Shown: one piece after another, positions 11,718 through 23,527 of the stretch
Position numbering within the stretch: the stretch's first letter is position 1
Layout: each line of letters opens with the position of its first letter
Assembly: GCF_006345805.1 (NCBI RefSeq)
Contig: NW_021831661.1
Span: 1 to 34,948, forward strand
Reading direction: 5' to 3'
From: Octopus sinensis
Taxonomy: Eukaryota
DNA: 34,948 nt
Notes under the pieces: model-generated
The model's input: only the letters and a program-made list of their open reading frames with translations
Databases searched by the model: none
Told to the model about the DNA's origin: nothing
Program-made: the position numbers and the translations under genes

Positions 11718-11727
<10 letters not shown>
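11241..11727. repeat. Inverted-repeat element (~133-bp arms, ~220-bp spacer) containing a hammerhead
   Basis: 11241-11373 is approximately the reverse complement of 11595-11727. Confidence 0.85.
11358..11402 (-). ncRNA. Minimal hammerhead ribozyme
   Basis: Minus strand: GGACCA-CTGATGA-G-GTCACA(GGTG)TGTGAC-GAAA-GAAC-TC-TGGCC. Core intact, 6-bp stem II after one extra G, bulged stem I. Confidence 0.65.
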
Positions 11728-11794
<67 letters not shown>

Positions 11795-12105
11795 CTGTGT
11801 GTGTACATGCACACATCCACCTATATATACCTTATCAAACCCTGATGTATAAACGCACACACTGACTTCCAGGCCACACATATATTCCCACTTTCTTACA
11901 CACAGGCAAACACAAATTGCAAGACAATATGAATTGTAGAAGAATGAGGGTAAATAAAGAAGATAAGAGAGACATTTAGTTTGTGGAAATGACATTGAAT
12001 GACATATCGTGATCTTATTATGAAGAAGATGACTAACATAAGAGAAAGTCTCCCGTCCCTAAGCCCTAGACCATCACCTAATCACCCTTATCCGTCTTGT
12101 TGCTT

Positions 12106-12216
12106 AACAACAACAACAACAGCAGCCGCAGTTGTAGTAGTAGTAGTATAGTAGTAGTAGTAGTAGTAGTAGTAGTAGAAGAAGAAGAAGAAGAAGAAGA
12201 AGAAGAAGAAGAAGAA

Positions 12217-12261
<45 letters not shown>

Positions 12262-12292
12262 AATGATGATAAGCAACAACAACAGCAACAAC
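12106..12292. repeat. Compound (CAA)(TAG)(GAA)(GAT)(CAA) microsatellite
   Basis: Directly visible. Confidence 0.96.
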
Positions 12293-12475
12293 ATTAAAAC
12301 AACAATAAGAGAAGTGGCAGAAAATGTAGGAGCTGAAGAAAAGAATGATGTAAAAAATAAGGAGGAAACGAAGGAGTCTGTCATGAAGAAAACTTAAATA
12401 TAATATTTCTGATCTTATAATAATTCTGCTTGTCATTATGTTAATTAGTCCGTCGGTAACGCTTTCTCGTGATTA

Positions 12476-12899
12476 GAGAAAAAGAGGGAGAACGAAAAAG
12501 AACGAAAGAGAAATATCCAAGACCTGAGGTAGAAGGAACGTGACTGTAATGCTTCACGTGATTAGTTGAATGGAATGAGAGACCAAGAGAAAGAAAAAGG
12601 AATGAGAAAACGAAAGTAAGTTGAAGAGTGGAGCAGAAAAAGAGGGAGAGGGAGAAAAAGGAGAGGTAAAAAACCGAGGGAGAAAAAGAGGGAGAACGAA
12701 AAAGAACGAAAGAGAAATATCCAAGACCTGAGGTAGAAGGAACGTGACTGTAATGCTTCACGTGATTAGTTGAATGGAATGAGAGACCAAGAGAAAGAAA
12801 AAGGAATGAGAAAACGAAAGTAAGTTGAAGAGTGGAGCAGAAAAAGAGGGAGAGGGAGAAAAGGGAGAGGTAAAAAACCGAGGGAGAAAAAGAGGGAGA
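12476..12899. repeat. Tandem duplication of a 204-bp purine-rich unit (2.1 copies)
   Basis: Units start at 12476, 12680 and 12884 and are nearly identical. Confidence 0.95.
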
Positions 12900-13262
12900 G
12901 GACATTGTGGTAGGGGGAACGTAATATTTATTACGTGATGAAAAAGTTAGTTCAAGGTCATGATATTGAGGAGGGTTACGAATATAATTTTAGCAGAACG
13001 GTGATGTTCTGATGGTGAGATTAAAGGAAGCCAGATAGGTAGATAAATAGATAGATAGATAAACTGAGAAAATGAGAGAAAGGGGGAGTGAGAGACGGTG
13101 GTAGTTGTGGTAGTGTTTGTGGTGGAAGTGGTGATGATGAGTGCATAATGCAAAGTAACTTTTTAATTGAACTAAGTATTTTATATCCCCTATCACTTAA
13201 CACATGCTCATAAATATTCACACTTATTTACAGTGTCATATGTACCCACACACACACATATA

Positions 13263-13305
<43 letters not shown>

Positions 13306-13559
13306 CATATATATATATATTACAATTCAAGAAATATACACATTATAATTAAAATATATATATTTCAATTAAAATAAAGGTGGACACACAGTAAATTCCA
13401 TCTCTACAAGATCCCGGTTGATGTTTTTACTGCTTCTCATACATTCTGCCGTTGGTGGTGCTTCTGCTACGGCGAGATGGAAATTCGCAGTTTACGGTTA
13501 TTTGATCCTTGTTCCAATGCTGTGCTTATGAAATAAGCAAATTACAAAACTTGACTGAA

Positions 13560-14306
13560 CAATGGATAGATAAAGAAGATTAGAAGCTACTCGCCAGAGG
13601 GTTAGGCACTATAGGCAGCGTATAAGAGAAGAACAGCGGTAAGAAACCAGAGAAAGGGACAAATGGTACCAACAGATTTGACAATCTGCAATAAATGAAG
13701 AGGAACGCAAGGCACAATTGTAGTGAGAGAGAATGGAAGACAAAGGTAGAAGACAGGATGAGGAAGAACAAACACAGTACAAGGAACAACAAAGATTGAT
13801 ATTTCTGCGGAGAATGGAAAACATGAAAGATATGCAGCGTGCGCAGTATCAGGACCAGCAAAAAAGCGTAATGTAACAGAGAAGGGAGAATATGGATGAT
13901 TTGGAAAGGGCTGCTTGTCTCCAAGGTCAAACAAAGAGACATCAAGATGGAGTTGCAAGTATGAATGCTGAACAGGCGTTACGTTTGCGAGATGAACAGG
14001 TGCAACGAAAGCGTGAAGGAAGACATGGACTACCACTGAACAGACACAATAATCCTAAACGAACCTATCGTATTGGTGATATGTACTTATATTGCGAGTA
14101 TTGTGGAGCACTGAACTTTAAATATGAAAACTTCATGTTCAGTCACAATAATAAAGTGAATTTTCCTCCACTGCAACTAAAACCTCAGACATTGAAGCGT
14201 TTGTCTGAGAAAATTACATCAGCAATTACAACTGCATACCTTCCTTTACGTCATTTGGTGTGAAACTCTGTGTGCCACAGGGAAGAGGTCTACATTGTTT
14301 CTGTAT
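13560..14306 (+). mobile_element. Helitron RepHel N-terminal relic
   Basis: Charged R/E-rich N-terminus, then IGDMYLYCEYCGALNFKYE...KVNFPPL and, after a frameshift, NYNCIPSFTSFGV...QGRGLHCFCI, matching the Helitron N-terminal Zn-finger/YNSxFAFxS-GxGPYxFxI pattern. Confidence 0.75.
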
Positions 14307-14468
14307 TGTTGTGGAAGGATTCCGACCACCTTCCAATTGACTAAACGCGAACTGACACATTCCTATTAAATAGACAACTGTCGAGTCTTCAGCAATTAAT
14401 TGGTAAATAGTTCACCGTGAGCCATTGACAGAGAGCGTTGGGTAATCGATTCGCGTCGTGTAAACACT
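14307..14468 (+). repeat. 5' LTR (recognisable part)
   Basis: TGTTGTGGAAGGATTCCGACCACCTTCCAATTGACTAAA...GCGTCGTGTAAA matches 18373-18557. Confidence 0.8.
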
Positions 14469-17400
14469 TTCTTTCCCCCTGATTCCTTAAATCATACGTT
14501 CCAAACCAAGTTTGCGTTGGATGTTTAAATTTGTTTGGGATGGGTATGAAACCAAAGAAAAATCGTTTAAGATAGAAGGCTTAATGGCATCTGTGGTGCA
14601 GTTGCAACAGCAACAATAGTAACAACAAGAGCAACTATAAAAGCAACAACAACAAAACCAATAGTTGCTGGAATTAATGTTAAAGAAGTCTAAAAATACT
14701 TCAGGCGTGAACTTGCCAGACAGCGTAGCAAACTCTAGTGAAGTATTCAGTTATAATCCAGAGGAAGGGATTACCTTCTCTGCATAATTTCGAAGATACG
14801 AAGAAATTCTCAAAGAAGAATTTAAAAATTGATCTGAGAGGAAAAATAGTACGACTACATTGTAAGACAGGTATCCCTTGGCAAATACAAAAAAATATAG
14901 TAATTATATTCTGCCGAAGAAGTCAGGTGAGATTTGTTTTAATAAAAACTATTAACCTATTATCAAATGATTTAGAACTGGACGAAAATTAACTCTACAG
15001 ACAGAAGCAGAAGAATGCTAGGAAATACGACGCAGAAAAAAAAGAAGAAAAAGATTGATCGCATATTCCAGTGTCTCCACCGTAACGGACAAGAAATAAG
15101 ACAAAAAATGTCAAGAAGGAGTCCATGTTGTGGTCTACATTTTAAAAGTAATTGCCCTTTAAAATCCAAAAACGAAATTTTATCAAAACGTTACAGTGAA
15201 AGAAGTTATCTGCTAAATACTTGAGGACAGTTTTTACATTTTGTCCAATAACATGAAGATTTCGTCACCTGTGCAGAGGATGTTAACGGAAAGTGTAAAA
15301 AATTCAAATCATATGAATGAAGATGATGTTCAAATGCATATTTCTTGTTTAAGGCCTAACTGCAAGCAAAGATGGAGATATATGTTCACGGATGTCAACA
15401 AAATTAGAACTGGACAAAAAGTAACTCTACAGGCAGAAGCAGAAGAATGTCAGGAAAGACGACGCAGAAAAAAATGAAGAAAACGACGCACAAAAAGAAA
15501 TTGAACAAAAAGATTGCTCTCATATTCCAGTGTCTCCACCGTAACAGATAAGAAATAAGAGAAACAAATGTGAAGATCGAATCCATGTTGTGGGTGCGGT
15601 GGTCAACATTTTAAAAGTAATTGCCCGTTTAAAAATATAAAAGGCGTCAAATGTGGCAAGAGAGAGATCATAAAAAAATCTCACTGTAGAACAAACCTGG
15701 AAAACAGTTCAACAGAAAGAAAACACGAAAACAGGTTATCGGTGACCAAAAAACGAACAGCCTCAAAGGAAATTTGTGGACGTAAAGTTGCAACTAGATA
15801 AGGGCAGTGATAATTAACACAGATACATAGAAAAAAAAACAGAAGACCTAGATTAAAAGACATTTCGAAAATTGCAGGTGGTATTTCAGGAAAATAATTA
15901 CATTTTAATGGCGTAATGATAAATCACGTTCCATTTCGTGGGAAAACCTTAAAAACCAAAGATTTTGTGTTGAATAATATCCCAAATTTATTCGGAACAC
16001 TGAATAGAATTGTTTAACTTATGGGAACTCCCCATAAATCTTTTCAGTAAAAATGTGAATGGTTTTCTTGCCAATACAAATGAATCGTCGGACGATTTGT
16101 AAAAATAATTTTAAAAGATTTTTCCTGAAGTTCTCTCTGATAAATTAGATCTCAGCATCACAACGAAAACGAAGTTCCAAGTAAAAGTAAATGCCAAACC
16201 GGTATTTAAATATAAACGAACTGTAACTTTTGCATCGTTGGAACAGATAAACTTTTGCAGCGTTAGAAACAAATAAACAAAATCAGAGTGTATGCTGATT
16301 TTTTCCACTCGTTTAAATGAGTGTCTTAAAACGTTCCACTATCCGCTACCTACCCTGGGGGATATATTTGCAAAATTAGACGGTGGCAAGGTATTTTCTT
16401 AATTGGATCTCTCTGACGCGTACCTACATATTAGCGTAGACGATGAATGCTATAAATACCTAAAAAATTAACGCACATATATATATACAACAGGTTACTG
16501 TATGCCTTTATGTCACACCGGCGATTTTTCAAAATATTATGGATGCAGTGTTAGCGGATAGTGAATATGCATTTCCATATCTGGATGATATACTCATTGA
16601 AAGCGAATCACGGGATCAACATGTAGATCACATAATATATATGTTCGAAAAAATTAGGGATTACAGTGAAAAAGAAAGCGTGAATCTTCTTCTTAACGAA
16701 AATAAAATTGGACAAACAATTGAAAGAAATGGACGAGGACCAGATCCGTTGAGGGCAGACGCAATTAAATACATGCCCCCCTCCGACAAATATAAGGACC
16801 TTACATGATTGCTTTGGAGACAGGCAAATTATTACCAAAATTATATTCTAAATATTCAGAGGGTAAGTGTTACAGTAGATTATGTATTTAAAAAATGTCA
16901 ATTGAAATTGCTCTGAAAATTGTCAAAGGGAATTCGACGAAATTTTAAAATATTAACATCTGATTTGTTGTTAGCACGCTTCGATTCTGTAGCGGAGAAT
17001 TTTGTAACTTCAGATGCCTCTGAATACTGAATCGGTGCAGTAATGCCACATAAATAAAAAGATGGTAACATGAAGGCGGTGGTTCATGATATCAGCAGAA
17101 AATATTACAGCCAAATCAAAAAAGAAGCTCATGTAATTATTTATGCCGTAAAAAATTGCATAGATTTTTACACGGCAGAAGTTTTTGAATACAGACAGAT
17201 CATCGTCCGTATTATCAGTATATGAGTAAAAGAAATAAATGTCTAGCCGTACTGCTAATAGGCTGCAGCGCTGGGGTACTGTATTATTAAACTATGAATT
17301 TAAGATAGAGTATATGCCATCTAAAAAATTAGGACACGCTAATTGTTTATCATGACCGATTTCAGAAAATGCTGAAGCATTTGAAGATACCGTGTTTGCT

Positions 17401-18372
17401 ACTTTGCGAGCGGAAAATGAAATTAAAAGCAAATTGTATAACTCAATGCGTGGACTGCTATTTACGTTACAGGACATAAAATTACAATTGGGAAACGATA
17501 TATTCATTAAAAAATGAAAGAAATGCAGAAGTGTTAAAGAGATGAAAAATATTCGAGCCTATCACAAGGTGTGACAATGTGCTGATGTATGCACAAAGAG
17601 TCGTGGTGCCAACCACACTACAAAAGCAATTACTAAAGGAATTTTATATTGTGTCAAAGGGATTTCGATAATGAAATCGTTAATGAGAAGTTAGGTATAC
17701 TGGCCAACAACGGACTGTAACATTGAAGATATAGTGATAGTATGCAATACGCTGTTCTCTAGCTCCAAATACACCCGTCACAAAATGGCACCCGTGGCTA
17801 AAATCACTTAAGGTTTCATATCACTTTGTTGTGGGGGACTGTTTTTCAACGTGGTCTGAAGTGCATAAATGTAGAAAGCCGACATCTCTGGTTACAGAGA
17901 TATTTGATGTTTGTTAGAATAATCAGATCCATCTTTGATCAGCCGATACCGAGTGAAAATATTAAAAAAGGAACAATATTTCAAAATTCTTCAAGTTAGG
18001 AGACAAAGTTTTTTAGAAAACCTATACATAGAGTAAATAAGGCTGGGAGGATGGTACAATTATTAAATAAATTGCAAGAATGATATTCCTGGTAAAAGGT
18101 GAAACAAATTTCGAACATAAAAGACTTATTAACCAACTTAAAACCTGATTCAAGGAAAAATCAGAGAAAAGAAGTGAATTTCTCATGAAAGTATTGCACG
18201 ACACGTTTGAGGTACCAACACAGAAACAATTTGTAATTACACGTTCTAGCACCAGAAAACGAAACGAATGGAACACAAGAATTGAGCCCTAAGCATAAGA
18301 GATATTAAAACTCAGAGCGATTTTTATTCTCAAGTGGAGAATTTAGGGGAGACTAATTCTATAAAGGGGAGA

Positions 18373-18580
18373 TGCTGTGGAAAGATTCTGACAACCTTCC
18401 AAGTGACTAAAAGTGATCTGACACATTTCCATTACATGGAGAACTGTCTAGTCGTAAGGAATTGATTGTGAACAATTGATTGGTAAGCATTTCCCTATGA
18501 TCCGTTGGCAGAGAGCGTCGAGTCTCATGTAATAGTGATCGTATTGCGTCGTGTAAATAGCTTCGTTAAATTATATATTC
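18373..18580 (+). repeat. 3' LTR
   Basis: Follows the PPT and is homologous to 14307-14468. Its 3' end is uncertain and merges into Helitron sequence. Confidence 0.8.
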
Positions 18581-18685
18581 AGACTTCCACACTGCCATAT
18601 GCTCGTAAACAAAGTGAAGATCAGAGATGATATAGACAGAATGGTAACAGCAGAAATTTATGATTCAAATGATGGTCCCAAATGA
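18581..18685 (+). mobile_element. Helitron Rep (HUH) fragment
   Basis: Translates RLPHCHMLVNKVKIRDDIDRMVTAEIYDSNDGPK*, matching Rep motif 2 (GLPHxH) and the downstream DIDxxIxAEIPD motif. Confidence 0.75.
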
Positions 18686-18688
18686 AGC

Positions 18689-20090
18689 CTTAGAGTTACT
18701 TGACATAAACTTAATTTTATTGGAATTGACTTCAGATACAATAACCTTGTTATTGATATTTCTAGAGGGTTGGATGTTATTAGCTAAATTAATGTTAGTA
18801 TTAGTAAGTGTATACAAAGCGAATGAAGGCGGATAACCCTTATTTAATCCCCTATTATCGATCTAAAAGTAAATATAACACCTTCAACGTAATTACACTA
18901 TGAATACAAGTAAATATATTTGGTTAATAATTCCTTACGGAGACAAATTAAATCTAATCTCCCACTGCTGTTTCGTCAAGCTATTGCTAGGAATTTTCCA
19001 AACAATTCTAGATATTACTCTATAATCAATTCACATAAGGTTAGGATAGGTTTTTCAAACACAAATAATCACTTGCAAATTATATCTTCTCATAATAACA
19101 AACTGTTAAATATTAATACACTTACTAATACTAACATTAATTTAGCTAATAACATCCAACCCTCTAGAAATATCAATAACAAGGTTATTGTATCTAAAGT
19201 CAATTCCAATAAAATTAAGTTTATGTCAAGTAACTCTAAGATTAAAAATTCTATATACCAGTGTATAATCAGTACTCGTAATAAAGTACGATTTTACATT
19301 GGAAGCACATCGTTAGAGTTATCTAAAAGAATTTCTATCCATTACTCAACGTTTAGGGATAGAAATAAACGGAATAGTACCGGTCTCAGCAAACTGATTT
19401 GGGATTTAAAAGACCACAATGAACAATTTCATTTAGAATGATTGATCCTCTCAATTTCGATACCATATAACAAAGGCAAGAAATTCTGTCTTCTCTGCAA
19501 TTCTGAGCTATTTTTCATTATTTTTTCTAAAAATACTCTAGTAAACACGGTTATAGAACGAGCATGCAGATGTAAGCATTGGCAAAAACATACATTTAGT
19601 GCATATAAGTAGTCTCTATCATTATATATAATTTAAATTTTAATTTCCTTTATCTTTAACATTCGCTATTAATATCCCTACTCTTTCTGTTAGCTACTTA
19701 TGACGTTATATCATATAGCGTTTTTTTAAACAATGTTAATAGCGTTCTGTCTATCGCTATAACAAATCCATCATGTTTTGCTAAAATGTCTTATTGACGA
19801 GTTTCGTTTTTTTCACTTTCCTGAGGAGAAGATTGCATTGTTTATACCATTTATTCTTTTGAATAGTATCAGTGGAATTTTCGAAACATGTGTCGAAAGT
19901 AAAAATATTTGATTACACATGCGTTAACTCCATTTTTTATTCATATTATTCAAAATATTCAACGTAAACATGAAGTTTCTACCTTTATAAACAAGGAGTT
20001 ACAACACCTTTACTTGTGAGATTTTTGCTGCCCTGGTAACTATTTATTTATTTTCTCCGTGTTAATTGTTAACAAGGTAAAATTACACTC

Positions 20091-20095
<5 letters not shown>
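18689..20095 (+). mobile_element. Penelope-like element, 5'-truncated, GIY-YIG part plus pLTR (possibly Hydra clade)
   Basis: ORF 18920-19441 plus in-frame continuation past TGA to 19612: SIYQC...FYIGST, STGLSKLIW, FCLLCNSE, CRCKH. Hammerhead in the 3' region. Inverted 125-bp 5' segment. Ends at (TA)n. Confidence 0.85.
19815..19900 (+). ncRNA. Minimal type-I hammerhead ribozyme, intact core
   Basis: ACTTTC-CTGAGGA-GAAGATTGCATTG...CAGTGGAATTTTC-GAAA-CATGTG-TC^GAAAGT. Perfect 6-bp stem I, ~12-bp stem II, GUC cleavage triplet (cut after 19894). Confidence 0.85.
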
Positions 20096-20146
<51 letters not shown>

Positions 20147-20188
20147 TATAATATATATATATATACATATAACTAAGTTCAGCAAAAA

Positions 20189-20274
20189 TTGGCTGATGAG
20201 TACTCTGCATCTTAAATCTGTTTTAATACTTACAACATTTAATAAAATGATGTAGTACGAAACGATCGTACCAA
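20189..20274 (+). ncRNA. Minimal type-I hammerhead ribozyme, intact core
   Basis: TTGG-CTGATGA-GTACT...AGTAC-GAAA-CGATCG-TA^CCAA. Palindromic helix III, GUA triplet (cut after 20270). Confidence 0.85.
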
Positions 20275-20608
20275 ATTACCGGTGTCATACTTGGTGCTTA
20301 TTTTGAGTATATATAATTATAATTAAATCCTTAAATCCTTAAAAATGTTTTTGCATGAGTAATCATTTTTCTCTCCTCCCTGTTTTCTTCTTTCTTTTCT
20401 CCTACTTTCTTTTCCCTCTAAGCAGTTATGAAAGCGAAAGCTCATTAGGTCGCTTTCTCTAAAGAGGAACGCAAAATTTCCACGTTCATATTTGAATCTT
20501 TTTCATGTCTGCAGTCTTATTTGTATTTTATTCGTTCCCCAACTAGATGGCAATATAACAACATGCCAGATGACACTCGAAATTTTTAGTCACACACAAC
20601 TTTATCGA

Positions 20609-20710
20609 TGTGCCTGATGGGATCCAGACTGATCGATGCAGCACAACACGTTGAACAGAGTCCCACACATAAAGGACAATAGCAAGACGGGTCGAAACGA
20701 TCGTTGTACA
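20609..20710 (+). ncRNA. Minimal hammerhead with one core substitution (A9G)
   Basis: TGTGC-CTGATGG-GATCC...GGGTC-GAAA-CGATCG-TT-GTACA. Confidence 0.65.
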
Positions 20711-20790
20711 GAATAAAATTAATACCAGATCCATCACTTCGTTACTTAATATAATTATATATACACAAATACATACAAATAAACAAACAG

Positions 20791-20881
<91 letters not shown>

Positions 20882-20959
20882 CTCTTTTTGTTCCACGTCT
20901 TCACGTTGTTGTTGTTTTTGTGCTTTCTTGTTTGGATTAACTATATATATATATATATG

Positions 20960-22730
20960 TAGGTGGGCTGGCCTGTGAAACCCATCGACAAAGCAATTTT
21001 CTAGACATCTTACTGAAACCCTTGCTGAAATACATCAAATTTTTCATTAGGGAAAAAACAATTAATGAAGAGGCAATATTGGTTTCCCTCGATGTTATCA
21101 ATCTTTACACCAACATCTCCCATGACTTTGGAAAAAAGCAATTAAATTCTGGTTGGAAAAGTACTCCCGGAATGCATAAGCTAGATGTTTATAATGAAAT
21201 CCTGAACATTTATACTTCAGAACAATTATTTCCTATTTGATGACACATACTATCATCAGAAATGCGGAAGTGCGATGGGGACGAAAGCAGCTCCGGTTCT
21301 TGCGAACCTAATAATGGGTTATTTTGAATTCACCTTATATGAAGAATCACTTCAGAAATATTGTTAACCATTTTACCTCTACATAAGAGAAAATTGGAAG
21401 AGATACCAAGATGACTGCTTTATCATCTGGAGGGAGAACATCGACAAACTCTTGGATTTCAAATCAACACTAAATGACATAAATAGTAACATTCAATTCA
21501 CAATGGAATATAACAAAGAATATCTCCCATTTTTAGACGTCATGATAAGAAAAGTTAACAATGAAATCATAACTGACATTTATTATAAACCAACTGATTC
21601 AAAACTATATCTTCTGAATTAGACACGAAAACACTAAGAACAAGAAAACATAACACCACAACTCAACTCAAAACATTACTATTTATATCAACACACAACC
21701 ACAGAAACAGTAAAGCATTCAACACTATTTGCAAATTCTTCCTTTGCTTAATAGAGATCCAAAAATGAACGACATCCTGAAAACAGAAACTCATCAAATG
21801 CAAACAGCAAGACAAATCGCTAAAGAGACTACTAACAAATGCAAAGCTTTACACAACAACCACGAAACCACCGGTTGAAAAATGTGGACGCCCAACTGTG
21901 GAAACTGCCCCAACCTGCTTCAAGGCTCGGATTTCCTTTTCAAACAAGGAGAGAGGTTCAAAATTAAAACTAGTTTCACTTGTGCCTCTGAGAACCTAAT
22001 TTATTTAATAACATGCTCGGTTTGCGGACACCACTATAGTGGACAAACGAGTATGACCTTGAGAAAGAGAACCACTCAACATAAAAATCAAATCCGTTTC
22101 CCGGAATACTGAAAATTCCTCTCAGTGAACATATAGAAAAATGTGCTGGTAACATCAAACCAAATTTCACTGTCTTACCTTTTTACCAGTGAAAAGATGC
22201 AATCTCTCAACTAGAGCGTTTAGATAAAGAAACTTTTTTCATTGAAAAATACAAAACTCATCTTAATATCCACGCATAACCAACGTGTATCTTTTTACAC
22301 ATTTCAATTTATGATAACATTACAGTACATAAATCCCCTACTAAACAAGGTTTTTGAAACTTGTGTCTGTCAGTACGCATATATAAATCCCCACCTATTA
22401 CCTAAAGCTGAACTGTTATCTCCCTTACCTACAACAATAACAATAATAACGGCAACCAATTACCGCCCTTTATTTACCTACTTGTGAAGTCATTCTCTCG
22501 TGAATTTCTTCACACACAATATGGACAAAATTTCTTCTTAAAAAAATATATATTCAAATAAGTAAAACATAATATCATGAATAGCGATATCGAAACCGGT
22601 CGAAATATTAAAAATTATATTAAAACTATGTAAGTGTTCGTATTTTCCTTTTTTAATTTCTCAAATAAATTACAACTCACAACGTGGGGATAAGCGGTAT
22701 TCCTCTTTTCTGTTTCTACAACTACTAATA
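20960..22730 (+). mobile_element. Penelope-like element (Neptune-like), decayed RT plus GIY-YIG
   Basis: RT: LVSLDVINLYTNI, CGSAMGTKAAPVLANLIMG, WKRYQDDCFIIW, LPFLDV, YYKPTD. CGRPxCxxC-type Cys linker (frameshifted). EN: NLIYLITCSVCGHHYSGQT. Partial hammerhead GAAACCGGTC at 22592-22601. Confidence 0.9.
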
Positions 22731-22746
22731 TAAATATACATTTCTC

Positions 22747-22830
22747 TCTATATATAAAACTGAGAATGCGTGTCTATCTGTCTGTGTGTTTCCCTAAACT
22801 TGAGAACTACACAACCAATTTCATTCAAAC
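22747..22830 (+). mobile_element. Possible Helitron 5'-end fragment
   Basis: TCTATATATAAAACTG...GTCTATCTGTCTG...ACTACACAACCAATTTCATTCAAA resembles non-autonomous Helitron 5' termini as I recall them. Confidence 0.4.
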
Positions 22831-22859
22831 GTGGGGATAATCGAAGTTCTTCTTATCTG

Positions 22860-22871
22860 TTACTACTACAG

Positions 22872-22925
<54 letters not shown>

Positions 22926-22943
22926 ATTCTAATACTACTACTA
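22860..22943. repeat. (CTA)n microsatellite
   Basis: Directly visible. Confidence 0.95.
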
Positions 22944-23114
22944 ACCTATTTATATAGGTTATGAGAGGTAATGGTGTCAAGGAGACCCAAATGTGTCAGG
23001 TAATGATGAGTAAGTGCTATGGACAGACTATAGTTAAGCTCCAGGTTCGGTGATTATGCAAATGAGGAGTCAAACGTAGGTCATATATTAACATGCATAT
23101 ATATAAAATTAACA

Positions 23115-23381
23115 GAATGAAATTAAGATCCAAGACTGTGGAAGATTTCAGGACATTTCTAGAGAGAATACTTTACAGCTGTTTCCGGGATATTTATGTA
23201 TCTCTTCATCGGAGACGGTGCGAGAAAATGATTAAGCAATAGATATTCTAGAATAACTATTGGTTAACCATTCTCTCACACCGTCATCGATGAAAGAATA
23301 TATAAATATCCATGGAACCGCTAAAAGACCTCTCTATAAATGCTCTGAAATCTTTCACAGCATTGGACTTTTATTTCATTC
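23115..23381. repeat. Old fold-back palindrome with a degenerate hammerhead in each arm
   Basis: Zero-spacer centre TATTCT|AGAATA at 23249/23250 with diverged arms. Minus strand of the left arm reads CCGATGA...GAAA-CAGCTG-TA; the right arm reads TCGATGA...GAAC-CGC-TA. Confidence 0.75.
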
Positions 23382-23527
23382 AGATATATATATATATATA
23401 TATATACATACATACCAATACATATATATATATATATATATAATATATATGTACGTATAAGTGCAAATGTATGTGGCTATCTATGATTGTTTACGAATTT
23501 CATTTTCAAATTTCTCAATCTCGAATT

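Larger units (their letters stand above)
14307..18580 (+). mobile_element. Gypsy/Ty3 LTR retrotransposon (possibly Mag-like), decayed
   Basis: Diverged LTRs starting TG at 14307 and 18373, PPT AAAGGGGAGA before the 3' LTR, gag zinc-knuckle remnants, RT (LDLSDAY, PAIFQ, YLDDILI), RNase H (SDASEY, YSQIKKEA, TDHRP) and integrase Zn-finger remnant. Confidence 0.9.

Noticed and set aside
9184-12436. Low-complexity ORFs (poly-M, S, L, I, D, E, and YI/YLSI repeats elsewhere)
   Set aside because: These are translations of microsatellites.
19439-19441. In-frame TGA as selenocysteine in the PLE ORF
   Set aside because: The position fits an expected Trp (TGG to TGA mutation), and no SECIS was identified.
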